From an uncultured Chloroflexia bacterium (GTDB lineage Bacteria; Chloroflexota; Limnocylindria; Limnocylindrales; CSP1-4): a DNA stretch of 64,000 bases. This document shows, piece by piece, positions 31,056 through 41,643 of this stretch. The stretch is taken from assembly GCA_963770795.1 (NCBI GenBank), contig CAVYQR010000001.1, positions 224,612-288,611 of the forward strand, read 5' to 3'. Each line of letters begins with the position of its first letter. Position 1 is the first letter of the stretch. A model generated the notes under the pieces. That model was given only the letters and a program-made list of their open reading frames with translations. It ran no database searches and was not told the DNA's origin. Made by a program: the position numbers and the translations under genes.

Positions 31056-32735
31056 TCAGGTCGGGCGAGTGTACGCGCCGTCGGGGTCCAACAGGATCTC
31101 GTCGGGATCGAAGGCCTCCTCGAGAAACCGGGAGGGCGCCTCCGGGTCGTACAGCAGCGTGAGCGACCGACGGGCGCGCGTCCAGGCGACGTAGGCGAGA
31201 CGTCGTTCCTCTTCCAGCGCCCGTTCCGGCTCAACCGCGTCGGTGATGGAACGCCTGCCCGGGAAGCCGTCGGCCATGACCAGCACGTGGTCCCACTCGA
31301 GGCCCTTGGTCCCGTGGGCGGTTGCCAGGGTCAGCGCCGCGTCGTCGCGCCGGAGCCGGGCGAGTGCGGCCCGCCGTCCCTCGACGGCCGAGCGGAGCGC
31401 CGCGGGATCAGGGAGGGCTGCCGCCCAGCCGAGGAGGGCCGTCACGAGATCGGCTCGGGAAGGATCGTCGCCGGGCTCGATGCCCGCCTCCTCGTCCTCG
31501 GCTCGAACGACCGCGCGGAGGCGTCCCAGCGCCGGCAGCAGCGCGGGTTGGACCACCCCATGGACGGCGGGCGCGGCCTCGAGCCGATCCAGCAGCGCGT
31601 CCAGGCGCGGGTCCTCGATCGGGAGCGGAAGGGCGGGTGCCCGGAACGCCACGTCCAGCTCCACCGCGGCCACCACGGCAACGAGCAGCTCGCGGTTCGT
31701 ACGGGCGAGCACGGCGCGCGAGGACCCGTCGTGCGGCCAGGTGCGCATCGCCCGCGTTACCCGGACGGTGTCGTCCGCGGCGTCCGGGGCCAGGACGAGC
31801 CGCCCGGCGGCCGCCGGGCCGGCCTTGATCCGCTTGGCGTAGCGCTCCCGGTTGTGCTCCACCAGCCGCACCGCCCTCGCCACGACCGGGCGCGGGCACC
31901 GGTAGTTCGTCTCCAGGTTCACCCGCCGCAGCCCGGGCAGGGAGCCCGCCAGACCCAGCACCCGTCGCACGTCCGCGAGGCGCCAGCCGTAGACCGTCTG
32001 GTCGTCGTCGCCGACCAGGCACAGGTTGTTGGCGGGTGCCGCGAGCAGGAGCGCCAGATCGAGCTGGGTGCGGTCCAGGTCCTGTGCCTCATCGACCAGC
32101 AGCGTGGTTGTCCGCGCCCGCCAGCGCGCGAGGAGCACCGGGTCCGCCTCGAGGCGCCCGACCGCCCGGAGGACGAGGTCGTCGAAGTCCACCCCGCCCG
32201 AGTCACGGACGGCCCGCTCGTACGTGATGTACGCCCGCGCAACGGGCCCGGGCGCGGGGTCCGCAGCCACCTCGTCCGCGGTGACTCGCAGGTCCAGCTT
32301 CAGCCGCGAGAACGCGAGGTCGAGCCGGCCCCGGTCCGTCGCCCCGATCCCCGGGAAGAGCTCCCGCAGCAGCTCGTCGCGATCGACCAGCGGATCGACC
32401 GGCACGGAGGCGTCGCGCAGGATCTCGCGTCCCAGGGCGTGGAAGGTCCGGACCCGCACCGAGCCTGCGACAACGCCAAGGGGATCGAGGGCGGCATCCA
32501 GCCGCTCTGAGAGCTCCACCGCCGCCCGCTTGTTGAACGCAACGACGCAGACCGATGCCGGGTCCGTGCCGCCGTCCACGATCCAGGCGACACGGGCCAC
32601 GAGCGTCGTGGTCTTGCCCGAGCCCGCCGGTGCGACGACAAGAACGGGACCCGGTGGTGCCGTCGCCGCCGCCCGCTGATCCGGCGCCAGCCTGGCGAGG
32701 CGTTGAGCGACGGAAGGGTGGCACGTGCTCTGCAT
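31056..32735 (-). CDS. UvrD/REP-family SF1 DNA helicase (short, 559 aa)
   Basis: Motifs I (APAGSGKTT), II (LLVDEAQDLD), III (GDDDQTVYGWRLADV), IV (NYRCPRPV) and V/VI (TAHGTKGLEWDHVLV…YVAWTRARRSL). Confidence 0.85.
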   Translation of the reverse strand: MQSTCHPSVAQRLARLAPDQRAAATAPPGPVLVVAPAGSGKTTTLVARVAWIVDGGTDPASVCVVAFNKRAAVELSERLDAALDPLGVVAGSVRVRTFHALGREILRDASVPVDPLVDRDELLRELFPGIGATDRGRLDLAFSRLKLDLRVTADEVAADPAPGPVARAYITYERAVRDSGGVDFDDLVLRAVGRLEADPVLLARWRARTTTLLVDEAQDLDRTQLDLALLLAAPANNLCLVGDDDQTVYGWRLADVRRVLGLAGSLPGLRRVNLETNYRCPRPVVARAVRLVEHNRERYAKRIKAGPAAAGRLVLAPDAADDTVRVTRAMRTWPHDGSSRAVLARTNRELLVAVVAAVELDVAFRAPALPLPIEDPRLDALLDRLEAAPAVHGVVQPALLPALGRLRAVVRAEDEEAGIEPGDDPSRADLVTALLGWAAALPDPAALRSAVEGRRAALARLRRDDAALTLATAHGTKGLEWDHVLVMADGFPGRRSITDAVEPERALEEERRLAYVAWTRARRSLTLLYDPEAPSRFLEEAFDPDEILLDPDGAYTRPT

Positions 32736-32915
32736 GCCGCGGAGCCTCGCAGGTGCCCCTTATGCGGCTCGTTGCGAAGGAATTGGTGTTGCGTACCGGC
32801 ACCGCCGACGTTGCGATGGGATCGGGAAGGGCCCATCCGGCACGAATCGATGGCCGTTCGGCCGTGCCGGTGACGCTCTCCGGGGAGTAGCGTTCTGTCA
32901 TTGCCTGAGTGCTGG

Positions 32916-32940
32916 TCCGCGGAGAGGGCGGACCAGGTGC
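32916..32940. promoter_or_regulatory. Perfect 9-bp inverted repeat (ctggtccgc-ggagagg-gcggaccag) in the divergent intergenic region between the helicase operon and the 5'-nucleotidase gene
   Basis: Seen directly in the sequence. Both flanking genes diverge from it, so it looks more like an operator than a terminator. Confidence 0.3.
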
Positions 32941-32974
32941 GTCCCCGCGCTCCCTCGTCCTCGGAGGTGCCCCC

Positions 32975-35900
32975 GTGAGACGTTCCAGGCCGATCCTGCT
33001 GCTTGCCGTCGTGGCGCTGCTCGCGTCACTGGGGGCGGCGCCCGCGATCGCTGCCCCTGCCACCCCGGTCACGTTCACCATCCTGCACACGAACGACTTC
33101 CACGGCCAGCTGGAGAAGCCCTCGGACCCCAGTACGAGCAACCCCGGCATGGCCCGTACCGCGGCGGTCGTGAATGACGTGCGCACAGCCGTCGGCGCCG
33201 ACAACGTCCTCCTCGTGGACGCCGGCGACGAGATGCAGGGCAGCCTGCTGTCCAACCTACAGCAGGGCAAGCCGACCATCGCAACCTTCAACGCCATGGG
33301 CTACGCCGCGGCGACCTTCGGCAACCACGAGTTCGACTGGGGCCAGACGGTCCTCGGCCGACCGTACGACCCAGGCGGCGTACCCGTACGTCACGGCCAA
33401 CATCGTGAAGAACGACACCGGCAACTGCGCCACCGCCGGCTGGACCCCACCGACGTTTGCGGATGCTCCCTATCAGCTCCACGACGGTCGGGAGCCCCGG
33501 TCGCGTCAAGGTCGCGCTCATCGGGGTTACGACCGCCGAGACGCCGACAATCACGATCGCATCGGCCACGGACGGCATCTGCTTCAAGGATCCGGCCGAC
33601 TCGATCATTCACTACTACGATGCCATGAAGGCCGCCGGCGCGGACGTGATCGTCGTGCTCAGCCACCTCGGCAACGTCGACGGCGGCTACGGCTACGGCA
33701 TCCCGGTCTACGGCGACCAGACGCTCGCCACGAAGCTCAACGCCGCGGGCAAGCCCGCCAACCTGATCATCGGCGGGCACAGCCACACGAACCTCGAGGT
33801 GGCGCAGACCGTCGGGACGACCAAGGTCGTCCAAGCGCACTACAACGGCCGCAAGGTCGGGCGGGCCGACATCACCGTCGGGACGGACGCAAGCGTGGCG
33901 GTCAACTGGACGCGACTGACCGTCAGCACGACCGGCGCGGAAGACGCGGCCATCAAGGCGCTCATCGACACCTATGCGACCGATCCCGCCTATGTGGACT
34001 TGATCAACACTGAAATCGGCTGGACCAACGTACCGATCACCCGCGACTACAACGGCGACTCGCTCATGGGCGCCTTCGTTGATGACGCGATCTACAACGA
34101 TCTCAACGAGGACGCCGTTCCCGACAACGACGTCGACATGGTGTTCAACAACCCGGGCGGTTTGCGGGCCGACATCGCCTGCGCGGCACCCCCCTGCCTG
34201 ATCAACTTCGGGATGACGTTCGACGTCCTGCCGTTTGGCAACCAGACCGTCGTCGGCGACATGACCGGCGCCCAGATCACGGAACTGCTGCACCAGAGCG
34301 CCACGCTGTTCAAGGGCGCCCTTCAGGTGGCGGGAGCGCGCTACAGCTTCTTCCGGTACTCCGATGCCCTACCGGGGCCGCAGCCCTACGCCTGGGGCGC
34401 GTATGACGTCACGGTCTATGACAAGGCGTCATCCACCTGGAAACCGCTGGAGCTGAAGAAGACCTACCGGGTCGCCACGAACGAATTCCTGGCACCTGCC
34501 GGGCAGGACGGTTTCGTTCCCTTCAAGTACATGACCAACATCAGCTACTGGGGCGACATGCTCGATGGCGTGAACCGCTGGGTCAACGCCACGTACACCT
34601 CAGCCAATCCGTACGACGGGACGCTCGATGGGCGCATCGTGCGCAACGGCAATGGCAACGATGTGTATGACCCTGGCGAGATCGTCCCGTTGACAGTGCT
34701 GCACCACAACGACTCGCACGGGAACCTGGCCAAGGGTACCTATGTCGGGTACACGCAGCTGGCAACGCTGATCAAGCAGGAGCGGCTCCACAACCCCGAT
34801 CGCACACTGCTGCTCACCTCCGGCGACAACATCCAGGGCGACTCGATGATGTACTACTTCAAGAGCGCGCCCACCGGGGTCGCCTCTGATGGCACCGCGA
34901 TCGCCGACCCCGCCCTGCACATCAACCCGTTGATCAAGGCCTTCAACGCCATGGACTATGACGCGATGGTGTTGGGCAACCACGAGTTCAACTTCGGCAA
35001 GGATGTCTTCACCAGCGTGCTGGGCCAGGCCACCTTCCCGCTCCTGCAGGCCAACGTTGCCGACGACGGGTCCTACGGGTTGGCGGCAGCGAACATCCTG
35101 CCCTACGTGGAGACGACGGTCGGCGGCGACATCAATGTCGCCATCCTCGGCATCGGCAACCACCGCATCCCGAATTACGAACTGCCGAGCAACATCCCGG
35201 GCCTGACCTTCTCTGATCCGATCACCAAGACCCAGGAACTCTCTGCCCTGCTGCGCCCCACCAACGACGTCGTCGTCGCACTGACGCACATCGGGTTCAC
35301 AGAGAACCCGTCCAGTGTCGAAGTCGACGCCAACGTTGACACCAACCTGGTGGCGCAGACCTCTGGGCTGGACGCCGTCATCGGCGGGCACAGCCACACG
35401 AACCCCGTCTCCGGCTTCGGTGCCTACAAGTACCTGCCGGCCATCATCGCCGACGCAGACGGCAATCCCGTCGTCACCACCCAAGCCTACCGCTACAACA
35501 ACACGCTGGGCGAGGTGACCATCGGCCTGCGTGAACTGGGCGGCGGCAACTACGAAGTCGTCAGCCAGACCGGACGCTATGTCGGCGTATCTGCTGTTAC
35601 GGGCGACGGCCGAGGACACGGCGATCAAGGCGATCGTCGACCCGTATGCCGCCCTGCTCACCACCTACAACAACACCATCTCGGCCAGACGATGGCGCCG
35701 ATCGACACGCTGCAGGCCTTCACCGAGGAGACCAACGGCGCCAACCTCCAGGCCGACGCCGCAGTGTACGAGCTCGGACAAGAACAGCATCCCGGTGGAC
35801 TTCCATCTGTCCGGAGCGATGACCAACAAGGCCGTCGCGCACCGCGGCGCCATACCCGGTCACGCCTCAAGGTTTCCGACATGTTCACGCCCATGCCCTA

Positions 35901-36358
35901 CGAGAATTGCTCGTCGTGGTCAGGCATGAACGGGCCGCAGCTCAAATCCGTTCTCGAACGGGCCTACCGCAACTACTACTACTACAAGTACGTGCCGGGG
36001 TACGGGGGGTACTCGTATTACACGACGTGCATGCTCGACACCAACTCGGTCGGACAGATCACCTATGACGATCAATGCGACCGAACGCCGCACGCTTCCG
36101 GGACGGCAACAACGTCGTCTCGCTGACGATCGGGCGGGACGCGGTCGACTTCTCGGACGCGACCACGTACTACAAGGTCTCGACGGTCAATTACCTGGCG
36201 GCCGGCTCGTGCAATTTCAACGACGGGGGTGTCGAGCCTCTGGCCACTCGATCAGATCGTCAACGACACCCAGTACTACGTGCGTGATGCGGTTATCGAC
36301 TACATCACCGCGAAGGGATCGTGTCGCCGGCGGTCGAGGGCCGCCTCGTCTTCAACTA
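32975..36358 (+). pseudogene. Secreted bifunctional metallophosphatase/5'-nucleotidase with two tandem catalytic modules (~1130 aa), reading frame interrupted ≥8 times
   Basis: Signal peptide (VRRSRPILLLAVVALLASLGAAPAIA). Metallophosphatase motifs HTNDFHGQ, GNHEFDWG, GGHSHT appear twice (second set LHHNDSHGN, GNHEFNFG, GGHSHTNP), plus 5'-NT C-domains. Coding signal hops between all three frames at ~33365, ~33478, ~35585, ~35682, ~35780, ~35840, ~36080 and ~36235. At least four shifts map to CC/GG homopolymers. The gene is locally lower in GC (~60-63 %). Confidence 0.7.
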
Positions 36359-36487
36359 GGACCGAGGGGGGCAGGCGCCCCGCAGTCCGTTCAGCCCACC
36401 CGACCTCCCGAGCCCGCCGGCCCCGTCGGCGGGCTCGCTGTTTTCGCCGGCGCGCACCTTCCCACGGTCGTGCCCCACAATCGGGGC

Positions 36488-38350
36488 GTGACCCCGGAGA
36501 TCGCCGCGACCCTCGCCAACCTGCCGGACCGGCCCGGCGTCTACCTGATGAAGGACGCCCGGGGCGAGGTTCTGTACGTCGGCAAGGCGCAGAGCCTCCG
36601 CAGCCGGGTCCGCAGCTACTGGCAGAAGCAGGCCCCGGGCGGCCGGGGGCCTGGCGAGTTCCACCAGATCCGCCAGGCGATCGATCGCGTCGTCGACCTC
36701 GAGGTCACCGAGGTGGACTCCGTCTCCGAGGCGCTGCTGCTCGAGGCGAACCTGATCAAGCGGTTCAAGCCGCGGTTCAACGTCCGTCTCAAGGACGACA
36801 AGAGCTACCCCTACATCAAGATCACGCTTGCGGATGACTTCCCGCGCATCGAGCGCACGCGGAAGCTCGTCAGCGACGGGAGCCGCTACTTCGGGCCGTA
36901 CGCCTCGGCGAGCTCGGTCGACGAGGCGATGAACCTGGTCCGGCGCCTGTTCCCGTTTCGGACGTGCACGGTGGACATCAGGGAGGGGGCCCGGGCGCTG
37001 TCCCGGCCGTGCCTCCTGTACCACATCAAGCGCTGCCAGGGCCCGTGCGTGGAGGCGATCGCGAGGACCGCCTACCGTGCCGACATCGCCCAGGTCGAGC
37101 TGTTCCTGGAGGGCAACACGGACACGCTCGTGGACGGGTTGCGCCACGAGATGTCGTCTGCCGCGGAGCAGGAGCAATACGAGAAGGCGGCCGTCGTCCG
37201 GGACAAGATCCGGTCGATCGAACGGACGATGGAGAGCCAGAAGATGGCCGCCTTCGCCCGCACCGAGCTGGACCTCGTGGCCCTGGCGCGCAGGGACGCC
37301 CAGGCCGCGGTGCAGTTGTTCGTCGTCCGCAACGGCAAGATGCTCGGGCGGGACGTCTTCTTCCTCGACACGCCCAGGGACGTCACTGACGACGAGGTCC
37401 TGGGCAGCTTCCTGGAGCAGTACTACGCGCGGGCAACCAGCATCCCGAGAGAGGTCCTGGTCCCGCGGTCGCTGGCCGATACGGCGGACCTGGTGGCATT
37501 CCTGACCGCGAAGCGCGGCACGCACGTTCGGATCCGCACCCCTCAACGGGGCGAGAAGCGGGAGCTGATGGAGCTGGCGACCCGGAACGCGGCCGAGGCG
37601 CTGGCCCGTGAGGCGGCTCGCTGGCTGGCGGACGAGGGCAAGACGCTGGGGGCGCTGGAGGAGCTCGGCGCCGCCTTGGGCCTCCCGGGGCCGCCGATGC
37701 GGATCGAGTGCTACGACATCTCGAACCTCCAGGGCACGGAGTCCGTGGCCAGCATGGTGGTCTTCGAGGAGGGCCGGCCGAGAACAGGGGAGTACCGCCG
37801 CTTCCGGATCAGGACGGTCCAGGGCGCCGACGACTTCGCCAGCCTCCAGGAGGTGCTCCGGAGGCGCTTCGGGGGGACGAAGTCGGGCGAGGAGGGGACC
37901 GAGGAGGAGCGCCGCTGGGCGATGCCGGACCTCGTCATCGTGGACGGAGGCCGGGGCCAGGTGAGCGCCGCCTTCGAGGCTCTGACGGGGATGGCCCTCG
38001 GCGACCTGCCGCTGGCCGGTCTCGCCAAGGAGCGGGAGGAGCTGATCCTGCCGGACCGCACCGAGCCGGTCCTGCTGCCGGTCACCTCGCAGGCGCTGTA
38101 CCTGGTGCAGCGCCTGCGCGACGAGGCCCACCGATTCGCCATCACCTACCACCGCAGCCTGCGCAACCGGAAGGCAGTCCGATCCGCCCTGGACGACCTG
38201 CCGGGGGTCGGCCCCAAGCGCAAGCGGGAGCTGCTGAAGGTGTTCGGGTCCGCGAAGCGCGTGCGCGAGGCGCCGGTGGAACAGATCGCCGCCGTGCCCG
38301 GGATCGGACGGGCGCTGGCGGAGCGGATCAAGGCGCATCTCGAGGCCTGA
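36488..38350 (+). CDS. uvrC: Excinuclease ABC subunit C (UvrC)
   Basis: GTG start (alternative GTG 36470). …LPDRPGVYLMKDARGEVLYVGKAQSLRSRVRSY… (GIY-YIG), UVR domain, RNase H-like/HhH C-terminus. Confidence 0.9.
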   Translation: MTPEIAATLANLPDRPGVYLMKDARGEVLYVGKAQSLRSRVRSYWQKQAPGGRGPGEFHQIRQAIDRVVDLEVTEVDSVSEALLLEANLIKRFKPRFNVRLKDDKSYPYIKITLADDFPRIERTRKLVSDGSRYFGPYASASSVDEAMNLVRRLFPFRTCTVDIREGARALSRPCLLYHIKRCQGPCVEAIARTAYRADIAQVELFLEGNTDTLVDGLRHEMSSAAEQEQYEKAAVVRDKIRSIERTMESQKMAAFARTELDLVALARRDAQAAVQLFVVRNGKMLGRDVFFLDTPRDVTDDEVLGSFLEQYYARATSIPREVLVPRSLADTADLVAFLTAKRGTHVRIRTPQRGEKRELMELATRNAAEALAREAARWLADEGKTLGALEELGAALGLPGPPMRIECYDISNLQGTESVASMVVFEEGRPRTGEYRRFRIRTVQGADDFASLQEVLRRRFGGTKSGEEGTEEERRWAMPDLVIVDGGRGQVSAAFEALTGMALGDLPLAGLAKEREELILPDRTEPVLLPVTSQALYLVQRLRDEAHRFAITYHRSLRNRKAVRSALDDLPGVGPKRKRELLKVFGSAKRVREAPVEQIAAVPGIGRALAERIKAHLEA

Positions 38351-38462
38351 TGCCTCTCGCGCCGGACGGCACGGGCACGGCGGCGAACCTGATCGTGGAC
38401 CTTCTGTAACGGTTCGCGTCCGCCGGCGTCCCTAGGTTCAGGGATCCGCGGGAGGGCGTGCA

Positions 38463-41400
38463 ATGGACGACGACGCATACACCCTGGAGTCGCTCGAGCG
38501 ACGGCTCGCTCACCTGGAGCGGCGGCTGGCCAGGCTCGAGGCGACTCGGCTCGCCGACCGCGCGGCGGCCAGGAGCCACGCGGCCCCTCCGCCGGTCGCC
38601 CCTCCGCCACATCCGCTTGCCCATCGGGGCATGCCCACGGCGGCTGCTCCGGCTGCGCCCGCCGTTCCGGCAACTCCGGTTGCTGCTGCTACTCCGCTTG
38701 CAGCAACTGTCGCACCCGCGCAAACCGCCATCCCGGGGTGGCAGAGCTCAACATGGTGGAGGAACCCGGAACCCGCCTCCACCGAACCCTCCGGCACGGG
38801 CACGCACCCCCATCCGGAGCTGGCGCGCCGTCCGGCGCCGCGGCCTGTGTCAGCTACGCCGGCACCTCCCGCGTTCTCGCTGCGCGACCTGGAGGAGCGA
38901 TTCGCCGGGCGGGCGCTCGCCTGGGCGGGCGGCCTTGCGCTTGTTGCCGCGGCGGTGTTCTTCCTCAGCCTCGCGTTCAGCCGTGGCTGGATCAACGAGC
39001 CCATGCGGGTCATGATCGGCCTGGGCGTCGGCAGCGCCGCGTTCGCGGGCGGAGCCGTCATGCTCGGCCGCCACAACCGGCTGATGGGCAACGTGCTCAG
39101 CGCGGTCGGGCTTGGCATCATCTCCATTGCCCTGTTTGCCGCGACGCGGCTCTACCTCCTCGTGCCTCCGGAGGTCGGCCTCCTCGGAGCGCTGGCCGCC
39201 GCCGTCGCCGCGGCGGCGATCGCCATCCGCTTCGACGCCAAGGAGGTGGCGGCCTTCGGCCTCATCGCGGCCCTGATCGCACCCCCGGTCGTCGGCGCCT
39301 CGCCCACCACGCTGACGCTCCTGTTCGTGGGCGTGACCCTCGTCGGGACGACCGCGATCGCCCTCTTCCGCACGTGGCCATACCTGCCGCCGCTGGCCTT
39401 CATCCTGGCGGCGCCGCAGCTCGCGAGCTGGCTCATGGGCGATCCCGAGCCGGTCCAGGCCATCATCGCGCTCGCTGGCTTCTGGGTGGTCAACGTGGTG
39501 GCCGCCGCCGGCGAGGAGATCCGCATCCGCCGGGATGACCTCCGCCCGTCCAGCGCGACGCTCGTCCTCGCGAACGCGACGTTCCTCCTCTGGGGCGGCT
39601 ACGTGGTGCTGGGCGGCGACCTCTCGGTGTGGCGCGGGACGTTCATCGCCCTCGCGTCGCTCGCCCACCTGCTGCTCGGTGGCTGGTTCCTCGCCCGCCA
39701 GGGTTTCGGACACCTGTTCGGCAACCTCGTTGCGGGCACCGGCGTCGCCCTGCTCGCGATCGCCGCGTTCGTCCAGCTTGGGGCGGCGGTCGTGCCGGTC
39801 GCCTGGGCGGCCGAGGCCGTGGCGCTCGCGTGGCTCGCCGTTCGCCGCCGCCACGTGTGGTCAGCAGCGGCCTCCCTGGTCCTGGGCGGCCTCGTCGTGA
39901 CCCACCTGCTCGTCGTCGAGTATCCACTCTGGGAGGCGGGCCTGGGCGCGGAACCCGCCTTCTCGCCGCCGTTCCTGCATCGGGAGGCCGGCTCCCTCGG
40001 TGCCATTCTGGCGGCGATCGCGGTTGCGATCGCGCTGGTGCCCGTCCGGTGGATCCGGTCCGCCCTTGCGGCGACCGGCGTCGTCCTCGCAGCGTATGCC
40101 GTCACCTTCGAGCTGGCGGGCCCGTACCTCGCTGCCGCGCTCACCGGGATCGCGCTGGCGGGCCTCCTGCTGGACCGGCTCATCGAGCGCCTGCCGGTGA
40201 GCGACGGGCTCCAGCCCGTGGCCGGGTGGGTGCCCGGCGGCTGGCTGGCGTCGGCGGCATCGCTCCTTGCCGGCGGACTGGCGGTCCTGCTCCTGTTCAC
40301 CACCGAGTACCCGCCGAGCGGTCTCGGGGATGTCTCGGGGACGCCATTCCTCAACCCGGCCGGGGCGTCCCTGGCCGTGGTCCTGGCCGGCCTGGCCGCG
40401 GCCGGTGCGCTGGTCGGGGTCCGCTGGGTCCGGTCGGCGCTGGCGGGGATCGGCATCCTCCTGGTCGCATGGGCCGCCGGATCGGAGGTCGAAGGCACCG
40501 TCCTCGTCGGCCTCCTCGCGATCCTGCTGCCGATCGGAGTCATCGTGGACCGGGGGCTGGGCCGGCTCCCCGAGGATGACCGCTACGCGTGGCTCCATGC
40601 CGTCCTCCCGCTCGACCAGCTGGCCGGCGCCGCGGGCGTGGTGGCCTGGTCGTCCGCGCTCGTGTACGCCCTCTCTCGCTACCTCGATCCGGTCACCTGG
40701 GGCTCCGTCACCCCGCCGGCCGTCCCGTTCACCGATGACCGGACGCTCGCCGCCGCCCTGCTCGCGGCATCGGCCCTCGCCGCAGCGCGCTGGACCAGCC
40801 TCGAGGTCGGCCGCCGGGCGGGCGTGATCGCCGCGGTGCTCATCGCCGCGCTCCTCGTTCCGTTCGAGGTGTACGCGGACTGGGTGGTGGTCCTCTGGGT
40901 TGCGCTCGCCGCGCTGATGCTCGCGATCGCACGCCTGGACATCAGGGGTGCCGTGGCGTACACGCTGGTCGGCGTCGGCCTGTGGGCGGGCGGAGCGGTG
41001 GTCGTCTACGGGATCGTGGCCCCGCCAAACCGGCTGTGGGTGGAGGAGGGCCGTCCCGCGATGCTCGCCGCGTGGGCCCTGTCCCTCTCGGCGGTCGCCG
41101 GCGGCCTGCTCGTTGCGGCGAGGCAGGTCGCGTTCGTCCGCTGGCGGGCGTGGCTGGAGGTGGGCGCCGGGTTCACGGCCCTCTACCTCGTTTCGGTGGG
41201 CATCGTGGGGATGTTCGAGGGCCTCATCGGCGGCTCGATCCCGGTGGAGGAGCTGGGCAAGCAGGCCCAGGTGGCGCTCAGCGTCTGCTGGACCGCGATC
41301 GGTGCGTGTCTCCTGGTCATCGGCCTGGTCCGCCGCCAGCCGATGCTGCGGCACGGCGGCTTTGCCCTGCTGGGCATCGCCACGGTCAAGGTGTTCGTGA

Positions 41401-41552
41401 TCGACCTGGCGGCGATGGACGTCGCGTATCGTGCGCTCGTCCTTGCCGGGCTGGGGGTCCTGCTCCTGGGCAGTGCCTTCCTGTTCACCCACTTCCGTGG
41501 TCCGCGGTCCGGTGCCACCGGGCTCAGCGGGGGACCGCGGCCGGTCCCCTGA
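38463..41552 (+). CDS. Large polytopic membrane protein, DUF2339-like (1029 aa): N-terminal coiled coil, Pro/Ala-rich linker, ~25 TM helices
   Basis: MDDDAYTLESLERRLAHLERRLARLEATRL… followed by uninterrupted hydrophobic helices with conserved W/P spacing. No catalytic motifs seen. Confidence 0.7.
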   Translation: MDDDAYTLESLERRLAHLERRLARLEATRLADRAAARSHAAPPPVAPPPHPLAHRGMPTAAAPAAPAVPATPVAAATPLAATVAPAQTAIPGWQSSTWWRNPEPASTEPSGTGTHPHPELARRPAPRPVSATPAPPAFSLRDLEERFAGRALAWAGGLALVAAAVFFLSLAFSRGWINEPMRVMIGLGVGSAAFAGGAVMLGRHNRLMGNVLSAVGLGIISIALFAATRLYLLVPPEVGLLGALAAAVAAAAIAIRFDAKEVAAFGLIAALIAPPVVGASPTTLTLLFVGVTLVGTTAIALFRTWPYLPPLAFILAAPQLASWLMGDPEPVQAIIALAGFWVVNVVAAAGEEIRIRRDDLRPSSATLVLANATFLLWGGYVVLGGDLSVWRGTFIALASLAHLLLGGWFLARQGFGHLFGNLVAGTGVALLAIAAFVQLGAAVVPVAWAAEAVALAWLAVRRRHVWSAAASLVLGGLVVTHLLVVEYPLWEAGLGAEPAFSPPFLHREAGSLGAILAAIAVAIALVPVRWIRSALAATGVVLAAYAVTFELAGPYLAAALTGIALAGLLLDRLIERLPVSDGLQPVAGWVPGGWLASAASLLAGGLAVLLLFTTEYPPSGLGDVSGTPFLNPAGASLAVVLAGLAAAGALVGVRWVRSALAGIGILLVAWAAGSEVEGTVLVGLLAILLPIGVIVDRGLGRLPEDDRYAWLHAVLPLDQLAGAAGVVAWSSALVYALSRYLDPVTWGSVTPPAVPFTDDRTLAAALLAASALAAARWTSLEVGRRAGVIAAVLIAALLVPFEVYADWVVVLWVALAALMLAIARLDIRGAVAYTLVGVGLWAGGAVVVYGIVAPPNRLWVEEGRPAMLAAWALSLSAVAGGLLVAARQVAFVRWRAWLEVGAGFTALYLVSVGIVGMFEGLIGGSIPVEELGKQAQVALSVCWTAIGACLLVIGLVRRQPMLRHGGFALLGIATVKVFVIDLAAMDVAYRALVLAGLGVLLLGSAFLFTHFRGPRSGATGLSGGPRPVP

Positions 41553-41558
41553 CGTATC

Positions 41559-41584
41559 GGCGCCCGTCCCACGGGGCGGGCGCC
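41559..41584 (+). terminator. GC-rich hairpin (ggcgcccg…cgggcgcc) downstream of the DUF2339 gene; a second hairpin (gggaccg-cggc-cggtccc, 41531-41549) overlaps the stop codon
   Basis: Inverted repeats seen in sequence. No U-tract. Confidence 0.35.
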
Positions 41585-41643
41585 GTACATCCTCGCGGCA
41601 GCGGGCGGCGCGGTCGCCCCGTCCCCTGTATCATCCCGCCCCG

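Noticed and set aside
36065-36487. N-terminal extension of uvrC in the six-frame ORF (starts 36065)
   Set aside because: The upstream part of that frame overlaps the out-of-frame C-terminal fragments of the 5'-nucleotidase. The UvrC GIY-YIG domain begins near 36488-36560, so the start was placed at GTG 36488, with 36470 as an alternative.
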